Source: an uncultured Thermoleophilia bacterium (GTDB taxonomy: Bacteria; Actinomycetota; Thermoleophilia; UBA2241). From it: a DNA stretch of 64,000 bases. Each line of letters begins with the position of its first letter. Positions within the stretch are counted from its first letter, which is position 1. Below are positions 42,336 to 52,678 of this stretch, one piece after another. The notes beneath the pieces are model-generated. The model was not told the origin of the DNA. It saw only the letters and a list, made by a program, of their open reading frames with translations, and did no database searches. A program made the translations under genes and the position numbers. The DNA is taken from the NCBI GenBank assembly GCA_963707335.1, contig CAVPQD010000041.1, positions 22,681 to 86,680 on the forward strand, in the 5' to 3' direction.

Positions 42336-43047
42336 GTGAAGCGGCTCACCACGGCCTTCGTGGCGGGCGCCCTGCTCGTCGTCTACGGCTTCGGCAGCCG
42401 GCTGCTCCCGGCGCTGCCCGTGCGCGCGGACATCATGGTGTCGTCGGCCGTCGCGCTCTCCCTGCTGGCGCCTGCTCGTCTGGGGGCTGCTGCCGCTGCA
42501 GGCGCTGGGCCGCCGCCTGCTGCTGCTGACGGCGGCGGCCCTGCCGCTGTGGCGTCGCTCTTCACCTGGGCCGGCCTGGTGCCGCTGGCCAACGTCGCCA
42601 AGATCGTCGCCGCCGCGGCGCTCGGCCTCTGGATCGCCGGCGAGCTCGAGCGTCTCAGCTGGATCGTCGTCATCGCCGCCGTCTCGGCCGTCGTCGACAT
42701 CGTCAGCGTGGCGGCCGGGCCGACGAAGGCCCTGCTCGAGCAACGGCCCGGTCGTCGTCGGCTACTTCACCGTCGCCGTCACCTGGTTCGGCTACTCCTT
42801 CGAGGAGGCCTACACGGGGCTGGGCGTCAGCGACGTCGTCTTCTTCGCGCTGTACCTGGGCGCGGCGCGGCGCTTCCGCCTGCGGCCGCGGGCGAGCGCC
42901 GTGGCCATGGTCGTCTCGTTCCTGGTCACCATCGCCGTCGCGATGTGGTGGACGGCCCTGCCGGCGCTGCCGCTGCTGTCGGTGGCGTTCCTCGCCGTGA
43001 ACGCGGATCTCCTCTGGCGCGAGCTGCGCGGCGCGGCCGCGTCCTGA
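42336..43047 (+). CDS. Polytopic membrane protein, presenilin/signal-peptide-peptidase-like, frameshifted
   Basis: TM aspartates in 'VVDIVSV' and 'GLGVSD', C-terminal 'LPALP'. Confidence 0.55.
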
Positions 43048-43106
43048 CGAGGGCGGCATCGCCGCGCAGGGTCGAGGCGTCGCGCGTCCCGACGGCGGCG
43101 TGGCCC

Positions 43107-44502
43107 TCAGCCGCGCGCTCGAACAGGGCCACCGTCTCGACGTGGTGCGTCTGCGGGAACATGTCGACGGGCGCGACGCGCGGTGAGGGCGTAGCCGAGG
43201 TCGCGCGAGCTCCATGCCGTTGCCGGCCAGGGTGGTCGGGTTGCACGACACGTACACGAAGCGGTCGGCGCCGAGCGCCGCCGCGCGCTGCAGGGCCTTG
43301 CGGGCCAGCCCGGCGCGCGGCGGGTCGACCAGCACGACGGCCGGCCGGTCGGCGTCGTCGGCGCGGCCGGCGTCGAGCACCGGGTGCGGCGGGAACTTGA
43401 GCAGGGGCCGCACGTCGGCGGCGTGGAAGCCGACGTCGTGGATGCCGTTCAGCCCGGCGTTGACCTGCGCCGCCTCGATCGCCTCGTCCTGGATCTCTAT
43501 CGCCTCGACGTGGCGGGCCCGGCGGGCCAGCGGCAGCGACGAGCGAGCCGATGCCGCAGTACAGGTCCACGGCGGGCCGGTCCGGTTCCGGGGCGGCGAA
43601 CCTGAGCGCCGTCGCGTAGAGCTCCTCGCACATGGCGCTGTTGGTCTGCAGGAACGCGGTGGCCGGCACGCGCAGGTCGACGCCGGCGATGCGCTCGCGG
43701 AGGTACGGCGGGCCGAGCAGCATGTGGGGGCCGTCGCCGACGGCGGCGTCGGCGGGCGTGTCGTTGACGGTGACGGCGAACGACGTGCAGCCGGCCTCGG
43801 CCGCGACGCGCTCGACGAGCTCGGCCTCTTCGGGGAAGCGCGCGGCGACGAACAGGTTGAGGAGCAGGTCGCCGCTGGCGCGCCCCTCGCGCACGACCAG
43901 GTGGCGCAGCAGGCCCCGGTGATCGGCGCGCCCGAAGGGGCGCAGCCCGAGGGCGCGGCAGGCGTCGGCGACGGCCAGCCGCGCCCGGTTCATGCGCTCG
44001 GAGGCCAGCCTGCAGTCCACGACGTCGACGATCTCGCGCCAGGAGCCGCGCTTGTGCAGGCCCAGCACGAGGCGTCCCCTCGCTCGTCTTCGCCGAACGA
44101 GAACTCCATCTTGTTGCGGTAGCGCCAGGGATGGTCCATGCCGCGGATGGGCTCGAGCTCGTAGCCGGTGAGGTGGCCGAGATGCTCGCAGCGACTCGAC
44201 CACCTGGCGCTGCTTGAAGGCCGAGCTGCGCGGCGTAGGCCAGGGTCTGCCACTCGCAGCCGCCGCACTCCGGGCTGTGATCGCACACCGGCGGCACGCG
44301 GTCGCGGCGAGGGGACGAGGATCTCCAGCGTCCGCGCTTCGCCGTGGCCCTTCTTGCGCCGCGTGACGCGCGCCCGCACGCGGTCGCCGGGCACGGCGCC
44401 GCGCACGAAGATCACGAAGTCGTCCAGGCGCGCCACGCCCTGGCCGCCGTAGGCGAGCGTGGTCACGTCGAGGTCGACGATATCTCCGGGGCTCGGGGGC
44501 AT
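43107..44502 (-). CDS. rlmD: 23S rRNA (uracil-5)-methyltransferase RlmD with TRAM domain, frameshifted
   Basis: TRAM 'LAYGGQGVAR', 'CGGCEWQ', 'YRNKMEF', 'FLQTN', 'DLYCGIG', 'VDPPRAGL', 'YVSCNP', 'DMFPQTHHVE'. Confidence 0.93.
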
Positions 44503-44663
44503 GGGGAGGTAGTGTACCCGCTGCCCGGGGGCGCACGCGACTCGGCGATTGTCCACCTCGCGCGGCCCCCGGAAGGTGTGGACGCCGCGGCCGAGCTGGT
44601 AGAGTCCCGGTGCGGCCGCCGGCCTCCGGCGGCCTTCCGCAGCCATCGCGCAAGGAGAGTCAC

Positions 44664-46181
44664 GTGACAGCTCTCGACCTCGAGACGTATCGCCGCAGGG
44701 CGGAGGAGTTCACGGCCGCCCTCGACAGGGAGTACTACGAGCACTTCTCCGGCCGCAAGCCGGTCTGCGACACGGCCGCCGTCTACGACCGCTATCCCCG
44801 AGTTGTTCACGCGCGAGGCCATCGACGAGCTCGAGGGCATGTACGCGGCCGCGCCGTCGACGACGAGAAGCGGCGGCTCGCCTACCTGCTCGCGTTCACC
44901 ATCGACGGCTTCATCGGCCAGCAGACCAGGCACCTCGGCGACGAGATGGCCAACACGGAGAGCCAGACGCATCATCGAGGTCGACGGCGAGAGCATCGGC
45001 CTGCGCCAGGCCGGCGTGGCGCAGGCCAACGAGCCGGACCGCGCGCGCCGCGGCCGCATCCAGGCGGCGCGCCTGGCGGCCACCGAGGAGCACCTCAATC
45101 CGCTGCTCGACACGCATCTGGCGGCGCTGCCACGACCTCGCCGTGGAGCTGGGCTACCCCGACTACAAGGAGCTGTACGCGGAGATCAAGGGCCTGGACT
45201 ACGACCTCCTCCGCGCCGAGCTGGAGGGCTTCCTGCACGACACCGCGGGCCTGTACGAGCGCTCCATGGACAGGCTCGGTGCGGGAGCGCCTCGGCATCC
45301 CGCTCGCCGAGCTGCGCTTCGCGGACCTCCCGTACCTCTGGCGCGCGCCGGAGCTTCGACGACGTGTTCACCGCCGACGGACTCGTCGCCATCCTGCGCG
45401 CCACGCTCGCCGGCATGGGCATCGACCTCGACGCGCAGCCCAACGTGCACCTCGACACCGAGGTCCGCGAGCTCAAGTCGCCGCGCGCCTTCTGCGCGCC
45501 GGTGCGCGTGCCGGACGAGATCTACCTCGTCGTCCTGCCGCAGGGCGGACAGGACGACTACGGCCGCTGCTTCACGAAGCCGGGACACACCGAGCACTTC
45601 GCGCACGTCGCGCCCGGATCTCGCCTTCGAGTACCGGCATCCTCGGCGACAATGCCGTCACCGAGGGCTTCGCCTTCACCTTCGATCACCTCATCCTCAA
45701 CCGGCGCTGGCTGGACGACGTACCTGGGGTACGACGGACGTGCGACGACTTCCTGCGCTTCGCCAACGTCAGCGACCTGTACTTCATGCGCCGCTACGCG
45801 GCCAAGCTGTCCTACGAGATGCAGCTGCACGCCAGACGGGTCTCGCTCGGCGACATGGCGGCGGTCTACAGCGCGCCAGCCTCAGCGAGGCGACTCATGG
45901 TCGACGTGCCGCCGGAGAGCTACCTCGCTCGACGTGGACGACGGCTTCTACTGCGGCCAGCTACCTGCGCGCCTGGATGCTGGAGGGCGCCTGGCGCATG
46001 ATGCTGCAGGACCGGCTACGGCATGGACTGGTTCCGCGACGAGGCGGCCGGGGCCTGGATCAGGCAGCTGTGGGCGCACGGCCAGCACTTCACGGCCGAG
46101 CAGCTGCTGCTCAAGAACGGTGGCGGCCGCCTCAACACGGATCCGCTGAGGCACCACCTGGAGCGCGCGCTGGGCCGCTGA
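44664..46181 (+). CDS. M3/M32-like zinc metallopeptidase-fold protein, frameshifted
   Basis: 'KSPRAFCAPVRVPDEIYL', rebuilt 'LLHEAGHTEH' (HExxH), downstream 'VTEGFAF', 'YLRAW'. Confidence 0.65.
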
Positions 46182-46207
46182 GCGGCCGGGCGCGCCGCCT
46201 CGCCGCC

Positions 46208-46607
46208 TCAGCGGGCGGCGAGCGTCGTCACCACGACGCGGCGGCGGCGCGGGCCGTCGAACTCGGCGAAGTAGACGCCCTGCCACGTGCCCAGCTGCAG
46301 GTCGCCGCCCTGCACCGGGATGGTCACGCTGCTGCCCATCAGGCTCGCCTTGGTGTGGGCGTCGGAGTTGCCCTCGAGGTGGCGGAAGGGCAGGTCGGCC
46401 GGCACGAGGCGCTCGAGCGCCATCTCGAGGTCGGCGCGCACCGAGGGGTCGGCGTTCTCGTTGATGGTCACGCCGGCCGTGGTGTGCGGCACGAAGACGA
46501 CGCAGACGCCGTCGCCGACGCCCCGCGGCGCGGACCTCGCGGCGCACCTCCCCGGTGATGTCCACGAACTGGACGCGCGTCGCGGTGCGGACCTCGAGCG
46601 TGGCCAC
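46208..46607 (-). CDS. yjbQ: YjbQ/UPF0047 family protein
   Basis: 'PHTTAGVTINENADPSV', 'HLEGNSDAH', 'LGTWQGVYFAEFDGPR'. Confidence 0.9.
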
Positions 46608-46619
46608 TGGGCGCCTCCT

Positions 46620-47278
46620 CTGAAGAGTGCCGAAGCGGCGCTTGCGCTGGGGCTCGGGGCCGGCGGGGTATGGTGGACCGGCCCTTGAGTGCCGCCACCA
46701 CGTCGGCGGTGGAGCGTGACGGGGTCGGGCAGCTCGGTGTAGCAGCGCATGAGGTCCTCCAGCTCGTGCGCGTCGCTGCCGCCCGTGCGCGCCACGCCGA
46801 GCTGCGCGGCGATGCGCTCGGCCACGTCGACGTAGCGCGCGCCGAGCCAGCTGCCGTTGTAGACCTCCACGGCGTCGATGGTCTCCGCCACCATGCCTCT
46901 CGAGCCCGGGTAGTAGGCGGAGCCGCTGCGCCCGCCGCCCGCGCCCGGGTGCACCCACACGACGGCGGCGTCGTCCGGCACCTCGCCGGGGCGCAGGCGC
47001 GTCCTGCACGTCGCGGAAGCGTCTCCAGGTAGTCGAGGTCGGGCGAGAAGATCACGAAATCGCCGAACAGGGTGCTGATCTCCACGCCGTGCGACCAGCA
47101 GCACGCCCTTCGGCGGCGAGGGCGGCCCTGCAGCCTGCGGTTGTCGCCGACGTCGCCGTGGTTCGTGAGGGCGACGGCTTCCACGCGCGTGGTCCACGCA
47201 CCAGCCGATGTAGTCCCGATAGGAGATGTGCGAGCAGGTCGAGGCCGGGTAGGTGTGCGTGTGAAGGTCGACGTTCAT
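46620..47278 (-). CDS. PHP domain metallophosphoesterase, frameshifted
   Basis: 'VDLHTHT', 'ALTNHG', 'GVEIST', 'VHP', 'GGSDAH'; end approximate. Confidence 0.8.
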
Positions 47279-47306
47279 GCGTGTCGATTATAGACTTCGG
47301 GCCGCC

Positions 47307-48229
47307 ATGCAGGGCACCTTGGACACCTTCGGCGTCGTCGAGATCCTGCAGATGCTCGGCAGGACGCGGCTGTCCGGGACGCTCCACATCGAGTGTCCCC
47401 AGCGCCTCATCGACGTGCACTTCGTGCGCGGGCGCATCGCGGAGACGCGCGACTCCACGCGCGTGGCCACGGACACCGTCATCGGCAGCCAGCTGCTCAA
47501 GCGCGCGCTCGTCAACGAGCTGCAGCTCGACGAGGCCCTGGCCGAGCAGGAGCGCAGCCCGCGGCCCGTGGGCACCATCCTCGTGGCGAGGGGCTACGTG
47601 AGCGAGGCGCGACCTGCGCGAAGTGCTCTCCCGGCAGATCGCCAACACGCTGGTCGCCGCCAAGGTGGAGACGACCGGGGACGTTCGTCTTCGTCATCGA
47701 CCACGAGCCGGCGCAGGTCGACTTCATCACCGTCGACACCCACTCGGTGCTGCTCGACATCTCGTCGCTCGGCGGCGAGTACTGCCTCGCCGTCGAGGTG
47801 CTGGGCCAGGCCAACACCGTCCTGGTGCGCAACGGCGACTACGACACGCTGCCCCGCAATCCCCTGTCCATGGGCCGGGACGAGTTCATGGTCCTGCGCA
47901 GGTGGACGGTCAGCGCACGGTGCGCGAGATCACCGCCGCCAGCCGGCTCGAGGAGATCACCGTGATCAGCATCCTCGGCAAGCTGGCCGAGGCCGGCGTG
48001 CTGCTGGTGAAGGCGGAGCGTCAGACGCGCGCCGAGGCGGCCAGGAGCTGCAGGCCCATCGCGACAGCGTCTGGGCCGAGGTGAGCCGCTGCTCGACGAC
48101 TGGTCGAGGGGTGCCGGAGGCGGCACAGCGGCCGGCCGGCGCGGCCCGGAGCGCCGGCCCGGCGCGGCGGCGCCGGCGCCGGCCGGCGCCGACGAGGGCG
48201 TCGACTGGAGCCGCGTCGAGCCGCTCTGA
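47307..48229 (+). CDS. DUF4388 (PATAN-like) domain protein, frameshifted
   Basis: 'MQGTLDTFGVVEILQML...SGTL...F..G.I', 'LDEALAEQ...VGTILV..GYV', C-terminal winged helix 'VDGQRTVREI'. Confidence 0.75.
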
Positions 48230-48244
48230 CGCAGAACGGCGCAA

Positions 48245-48278
48245 GAGGGCGGGCGGCCCGCAGGCCGCCCGCCCCTCT
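48245..48278. terminator. Hairpin between convergent genes
   Basis: GGGCGGGCGGCC-cgca-GGCCGCCCGCCC. Confidence 0.55.
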
Positions 48279-48333
48279 CGTGCTGCTCGACGGCCGGCGC
48301 CGCTGCCGGCGGCCGGCCTCCGCGATCGCCGCC

Positions 48334-49717
48334 TCAGGCGCTGACGTCGCGGACGAGGTCCTCGAACGCGGCGACGTAGAGGTCGATGTCCTCGTCGGTG
48401 TGGGTGATGGACAGCGTCCACTCCTCTTCGCGGCCGGGGGCGATGACGATGCCGCGGTTGAAGTTGTAGAGCCAGGCCAGGGCGACGAGCTCGTGGTCCT
48501 GGTACTTGATGAACGACTCGTAGTCGGTGATCTTGCCGCTGGCGAAGTTGACGCAGCCCTTGGACGAGATGCCGACGGTGTAGCCGGGGAAGTCGTACTT
48601 CTCGCAGACCGCGTCGCACCCGGCGATGATCCGGTCGTTCAGGTGGTTGAGGCGCGCGTAGGCCTCGTCGGTCATGACCTGCTCCCAGCTGGCGCGCGCG
48701 GCGGCCATGCTGAGCGGGTTGCCCGAGTAGGTGCCGACCTGGAAGACGGTGCCGTCGTTGACCTTCGCCATGATCTCCTCGCTGCCGCCGATGGCGCCGC
48801 ACGGCGTGCCGCCGGCGATCGCCTTGCCGAGGGTGACCATGTCGGGGACGACGCCCCAGCGCTCGACCGACGCCGCCGCGGGCGGTGCAGATGCCGACCT
48901 TGACGTCGTCGAAGATGAGGACGATGCCGTGCTTCTTGGTGATGTCGCGCACGGCCTCGAGGAAGCCGGGCTCGGGGAGCACGACGCCGAGGTTCATCAT
49001 GGCGGCTTCCATGATGAGGGCGGCCGGCGGGTTGCCCTGCGTCGACCACGCGCTCGATGCGCTTGGTCATGTTCTCGACGTCGTTGAAGGCACCGGGATG
49101 GTGAGGTCGATGGAGCTCTGCGGGATGCCGGCGCCGTAGCGCGAGCGAGGCGTAGTCGTCGCGCGGGCCGATCTTGCCGTAGTCGACGGCGCCGATGCTG
49201 ACCATGACGTAGTCGTGATGGCCGTGGTAGGAGCCGAACATCTTGACGATGGGCTCACGGCCGGTGAAGCCGCGGGCGACGCGGATGGCGTCCATGGTGG
49301 CCTCGGAGCCCGAGTTCACGAAGCGCCACTGCGGAAGCTTGAAGGCGCCCGGCGAGGTGCTCGGCCATGATGATGGCGTCCTCGGTCGGCAGGCCGAACT
49401 GGGTGCCGAGCGGGGCGCGCTTCTGGATGGCCTCGACGATGGCGGGATGGGCGTGACCCTGCACCATGCAGCCGTAGCCGTTGTGGAAGTCGGCGATCTC
49501 CTGCCCGTCGACGGTCCAGATGTGCGGGCCCTTGCCGTGCGTGAAGTACACCGGGTACGGGTCGCGGGCGTGGTAGGTGGAGGCGACGCCCATGGGCATG
49601 TGCTTGATGGCGCGCTGGTAGAGCTCGTAGGACTTGGGCGTGCTCGTCCTCGAGCCGCTTCTCTTCCTTCTCCGTGAGTTCGGCGATGAGCTTCCGGTCG
49701 ATCATCGTGTCTGGCAT
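48334..49717 (-). CDS. Class-III PLP aminotransferase, glutamate-1-semialdehyde aminomutase-like, frameshifted
   Basis: 'MPMGVAS', '[22 protein letters not shown]', 'SYHGHHD', 'LIFDDVKVG', 'TLGKAIAGG', 'GTYSGNPL'. Confidence 0.85.
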
Positions 49718-50140
49718 GCTCGGTTCACTCCTTCAGACTGCCCGTCCGGCCCGCCACGGGCCGGCCACTGGGACCACCGATATCGGAGTCGTCGCGCGAG
49801 CGATCGCGCGCGACGTGGGAAGCACATCCGAGACTTGCCGAACACGTCTGGCTTTGGGTATCACCCCGCAGTGCGTGTCTCGTCCCCCTGAGACGCCGGG
49901 AGCAGCTGCTCCCGAGGATCCATGCCGCGGGCGGACGCAGGCCGACGGCTTGGGCGAGTCACATGACTCGCGCGTCAAGTCTATACGGCGGTGCGGCGAG
50001 ATGTGTAGGGTTCGGCAAGCAATTGGCCGTTTCGGCAGCCGAATCGGCAACATCACCGGGAGAGGCGCGTCGGGATGAGTCAGCGCCCCCTGGTCCCGAT
50101 CGCCGGGTCGGCGCGCGGCTCGGCGCCGGCAGGACCATGA

Positions 50141-50176
50141 GAAAGGGCGGCTCCCCCGAGGGGGAGCCGCCCTTTC
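50141..50176 (-). terminator. Intrinsic terminator of the 9-heme cytochrome gene
   Basis: GAAAGGGCGGCTCCCC-cgag-GGGGAGCCGCCCTTTC, perfect 16-bp stem about 40 nt after the stop. Confidence 0.8.
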
Positions 50177-50214
50177 GAGCATCCAGGTCTTCACGGCCGA
50201 AGCCGCAGGGGGTC

Positions 50215-52236
50215 CTACTTCTTGACGACCACCTTGACCTGCGCGCTGGTGCCGCCCACCTGAGTGGCGGTCGCGGCGAACTTGGCGCGGAAGTAGTACG
50301 TGGCGGCGGTCCCCGTCTTGAACGACGCGGAGTAGCCACCGCGCGGTGAGGCTCACGGTCTTCCAGTTCGCCCAGGAGCCGCTGCCCTTCTTCTTCTGGA
50401 TGGTGACGCTGCCCGTCGCCGCGGTGTTGACCCTGCCCGAGATGGTCACGGACTTGTTCACCTTGACGGACGTGGCCGACGCCTTGATCGTGACGACCGA
50501 GACGGACGTCACGGACTGGGCCTGGTCCAGGGCCTTCAGGATGACGGTCCTGGCGTAGTCCCAGTTGTGGATGCCCCAGCTGCCTTCCGACTCGATGTAC
50601 TGCTGGTTCGTGAAGGCCTTCTGGAACGCCAGCTGGCTCGATGACCAGTTGGCCTTGCCGATCGCGTTCAGAGCGCTGTTGGCGTTCGAGCGCTTCTGGG
50701 CGTCGCTCGCGCCGGTGAAGCCCAGGTTGGTGGCCGCGGCACCGAGTGCCGTGGTGACCTGGTCGTCCCAGCTCTGCATGGCCGCCTGGCGGTTGTCCAG
50801 CAGTCTCCTGCAGGTACAGCGCGTACTGCCGTGCCGTCCTGCTTGTGGCAGGTGGAGCACGACGACGCCGGCATGTTGCGGACGCACCGCCGACGGCGGC
50901 CGTGGTCACGGCCTCCGCCGCGACCTCCGGCTCGACGATGGCGAACACGTGGTTGGCCCCGGTGGCCTTGTCCCCTTCGGCAGGCCGTCGGGGTTACGGC
51001 CCCAGGCCGTCGGCACCATGTGGCACTGCACGCACTTGCCCTTGTGCTGACGCTCGGCGAGCCCTGCGGCACGTCGATGGCGCCCGTGCCGTTCATCATC
51101 TCGTTCATCGGATGATGGACGGACGAGCCCGGCGTCGCCACGCCCGGCTGGCCGTTGGCCTGCGGAGCGAGCTCAGCGTTGTGGCACTGCACGCACAGCT
51201 GATTGCGCGGCAGCACGAGCTGCGGATTGCGCTCCTCGTTCCAGAACGAGGTCTGCGCGCTCTGCTTGTGCGGCTTGTGGCAGCCGACGCACGTGACGCC
51301 GTACTTGGCGTTGGCGGCCGCGTCGCCGCTCGGGCGCCGGACTCCGTGGCCAGCACGTAGTCGGTGGAGTGGCACTCGAGGCACTGCGGGGTTGCTCCCC
51401 TGGCCGATCGCCTTCAAGGCGTCGAGGGCGTTGGCGTGGCCTTCGTGCGCCCACTCGTTGTACTGCGTCGCGCCCTCTTCATGGGCACGGGCGTTGTACG
51501 GGAGCGTCTCCGTGCCCAGCGTGTAGTAGATCATCTGCTGCGGCGCGGTCGTGCTCGGGACGAGCAGGAAGTCGGCGATCGGCTGCGGCGTCCACGGCGG
51601 CACGGTGTTGTAGTAGCCCAGCGGGCTGAAGTCGCCGCGCGTGTACTGCCGCAGCGCCGACGTGCCGTTGTAGTTCGGGTACGGCACGACGCTGTTCGAG
51701 TAGCGCGAGTGGCACTGGCCGCAGATGTCGGGGTTGGCCATGTTGGCCATCGGCACCGCGTGGGCCGCCGTCGGCACCGGCGTTGGTGGGCTCGTTCTTG
51801 CCCCAGTGGCACGCGGAGCAGCCGACGAAGGGCTCGCTGAAGGCGTCGTCGCCGGTGATGTCGGGGGTGTTCTCCCACGGGTACACGCCGGCGGCGTTCG
51901 GCACGGCCTTGGCCGTGTCGTAGTTGCCGCTGTGGCAGCCGGCGCAGCCCGGGCCGTCGGCGATGGGCTCGGCGTTGGCCGTGCCGCTCGACGACCGCGC
52001 CCGTGACTGGGTCGAGCGACGACGGTGCCGACCTGGGCGTGAGCCGTCATCGCGTAGTCGTTGTAGACGGCCGGCCCGAGGGTGCCGTCCTCGTGGCACC
52101 CGGCGCAGCCCACCTGGGTCGCCGTGCCCGTCGTGTTGAAGTACGTGTCGCGGAAGCCGTCGAAGCCGAGCGCCGGCGCAGCCAGCACCAGGAACGCGGC
52201 CACAAGCAAGCCGAGAAGGATAAGTCGCTTGGTCAT
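50215..52236 (-). CDS. Secreted nonaheme cytochrome c with helical C-terminal region and basic Ig-like tail, frameshifted
   Basis: AAGGAGG RBS; signal peptide 'MTKRLILLGLLVAAFLVLAAPALG'; CAGCH x2, CSACH, CGQCH, CLECH, CVGCH, CVQCH x2, CSTCH; 'EGSWGIHNWDYA'. Confidence 0.88.
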
Positions 52237-52524
52237 GGTCACCTCCTTGCGATGGTTGCGATTGCTGTCGTCCGCTCTCACTGAATCACCTCCCCTCAAC
52301 TGGCGGATCGAGGGTCGAATACAGCCTCAATGGGCACGCGCCCGAGAGGCGGATCCGTGTCGCATGCAGTGGTGAGCGGGAAGGGAGGTCGCGGCAGGCA
52401 GCGCCAGCGACCGTGCGGTCCACGGTCCTTGCCGGATGCCCGGCTCCGGATGTACTGGCCCCCATGCCCATTCACTGACTGCGAGACCGACTCACTGCGA
52501 TCAGCGGGCCGGTCTGCCCCAGGA

Positions 52525-52553
52525 GGTATACAGGATTTCGAGCGTGTTAGCAA
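52525..52553 (-). promoter_or_regulatory. Putative sigma70-type promoter of the nonaheme cytochrome
   Basis: Minus strand TTGCTA-N17-TATACC in an AT-rich patch. Confidence 0.5.
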
Positions 52554-52678
52554 ACGTAAAGAAATGTGACGGAGGTGCTGTCTGCGCCTCCCGTCCCCTC
52601 CCCCTGGGCTCCAACGGTGGCAGCCTATCACCCCGACGCCTGAGGTCCACCGTTGCGAGCGCTGGGCGCTCGGGCGCG

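Noticed and set aside
41838-43400. Apparent UDG-membrane protein fusion (520 aa)
   Set aside because: The UDG-like protein ends at TGA 42330 in its corrected frame and the membrane gene starts at GTG 42336
46208-47278. Apparent PHP-YjbQ fusion ORF (356 aa)
   Set aside because: The PHP part changes frame several times and yjbQ has its own GAGGAGG RBS + GTG at 46607; the fusion is probably an indel artefact
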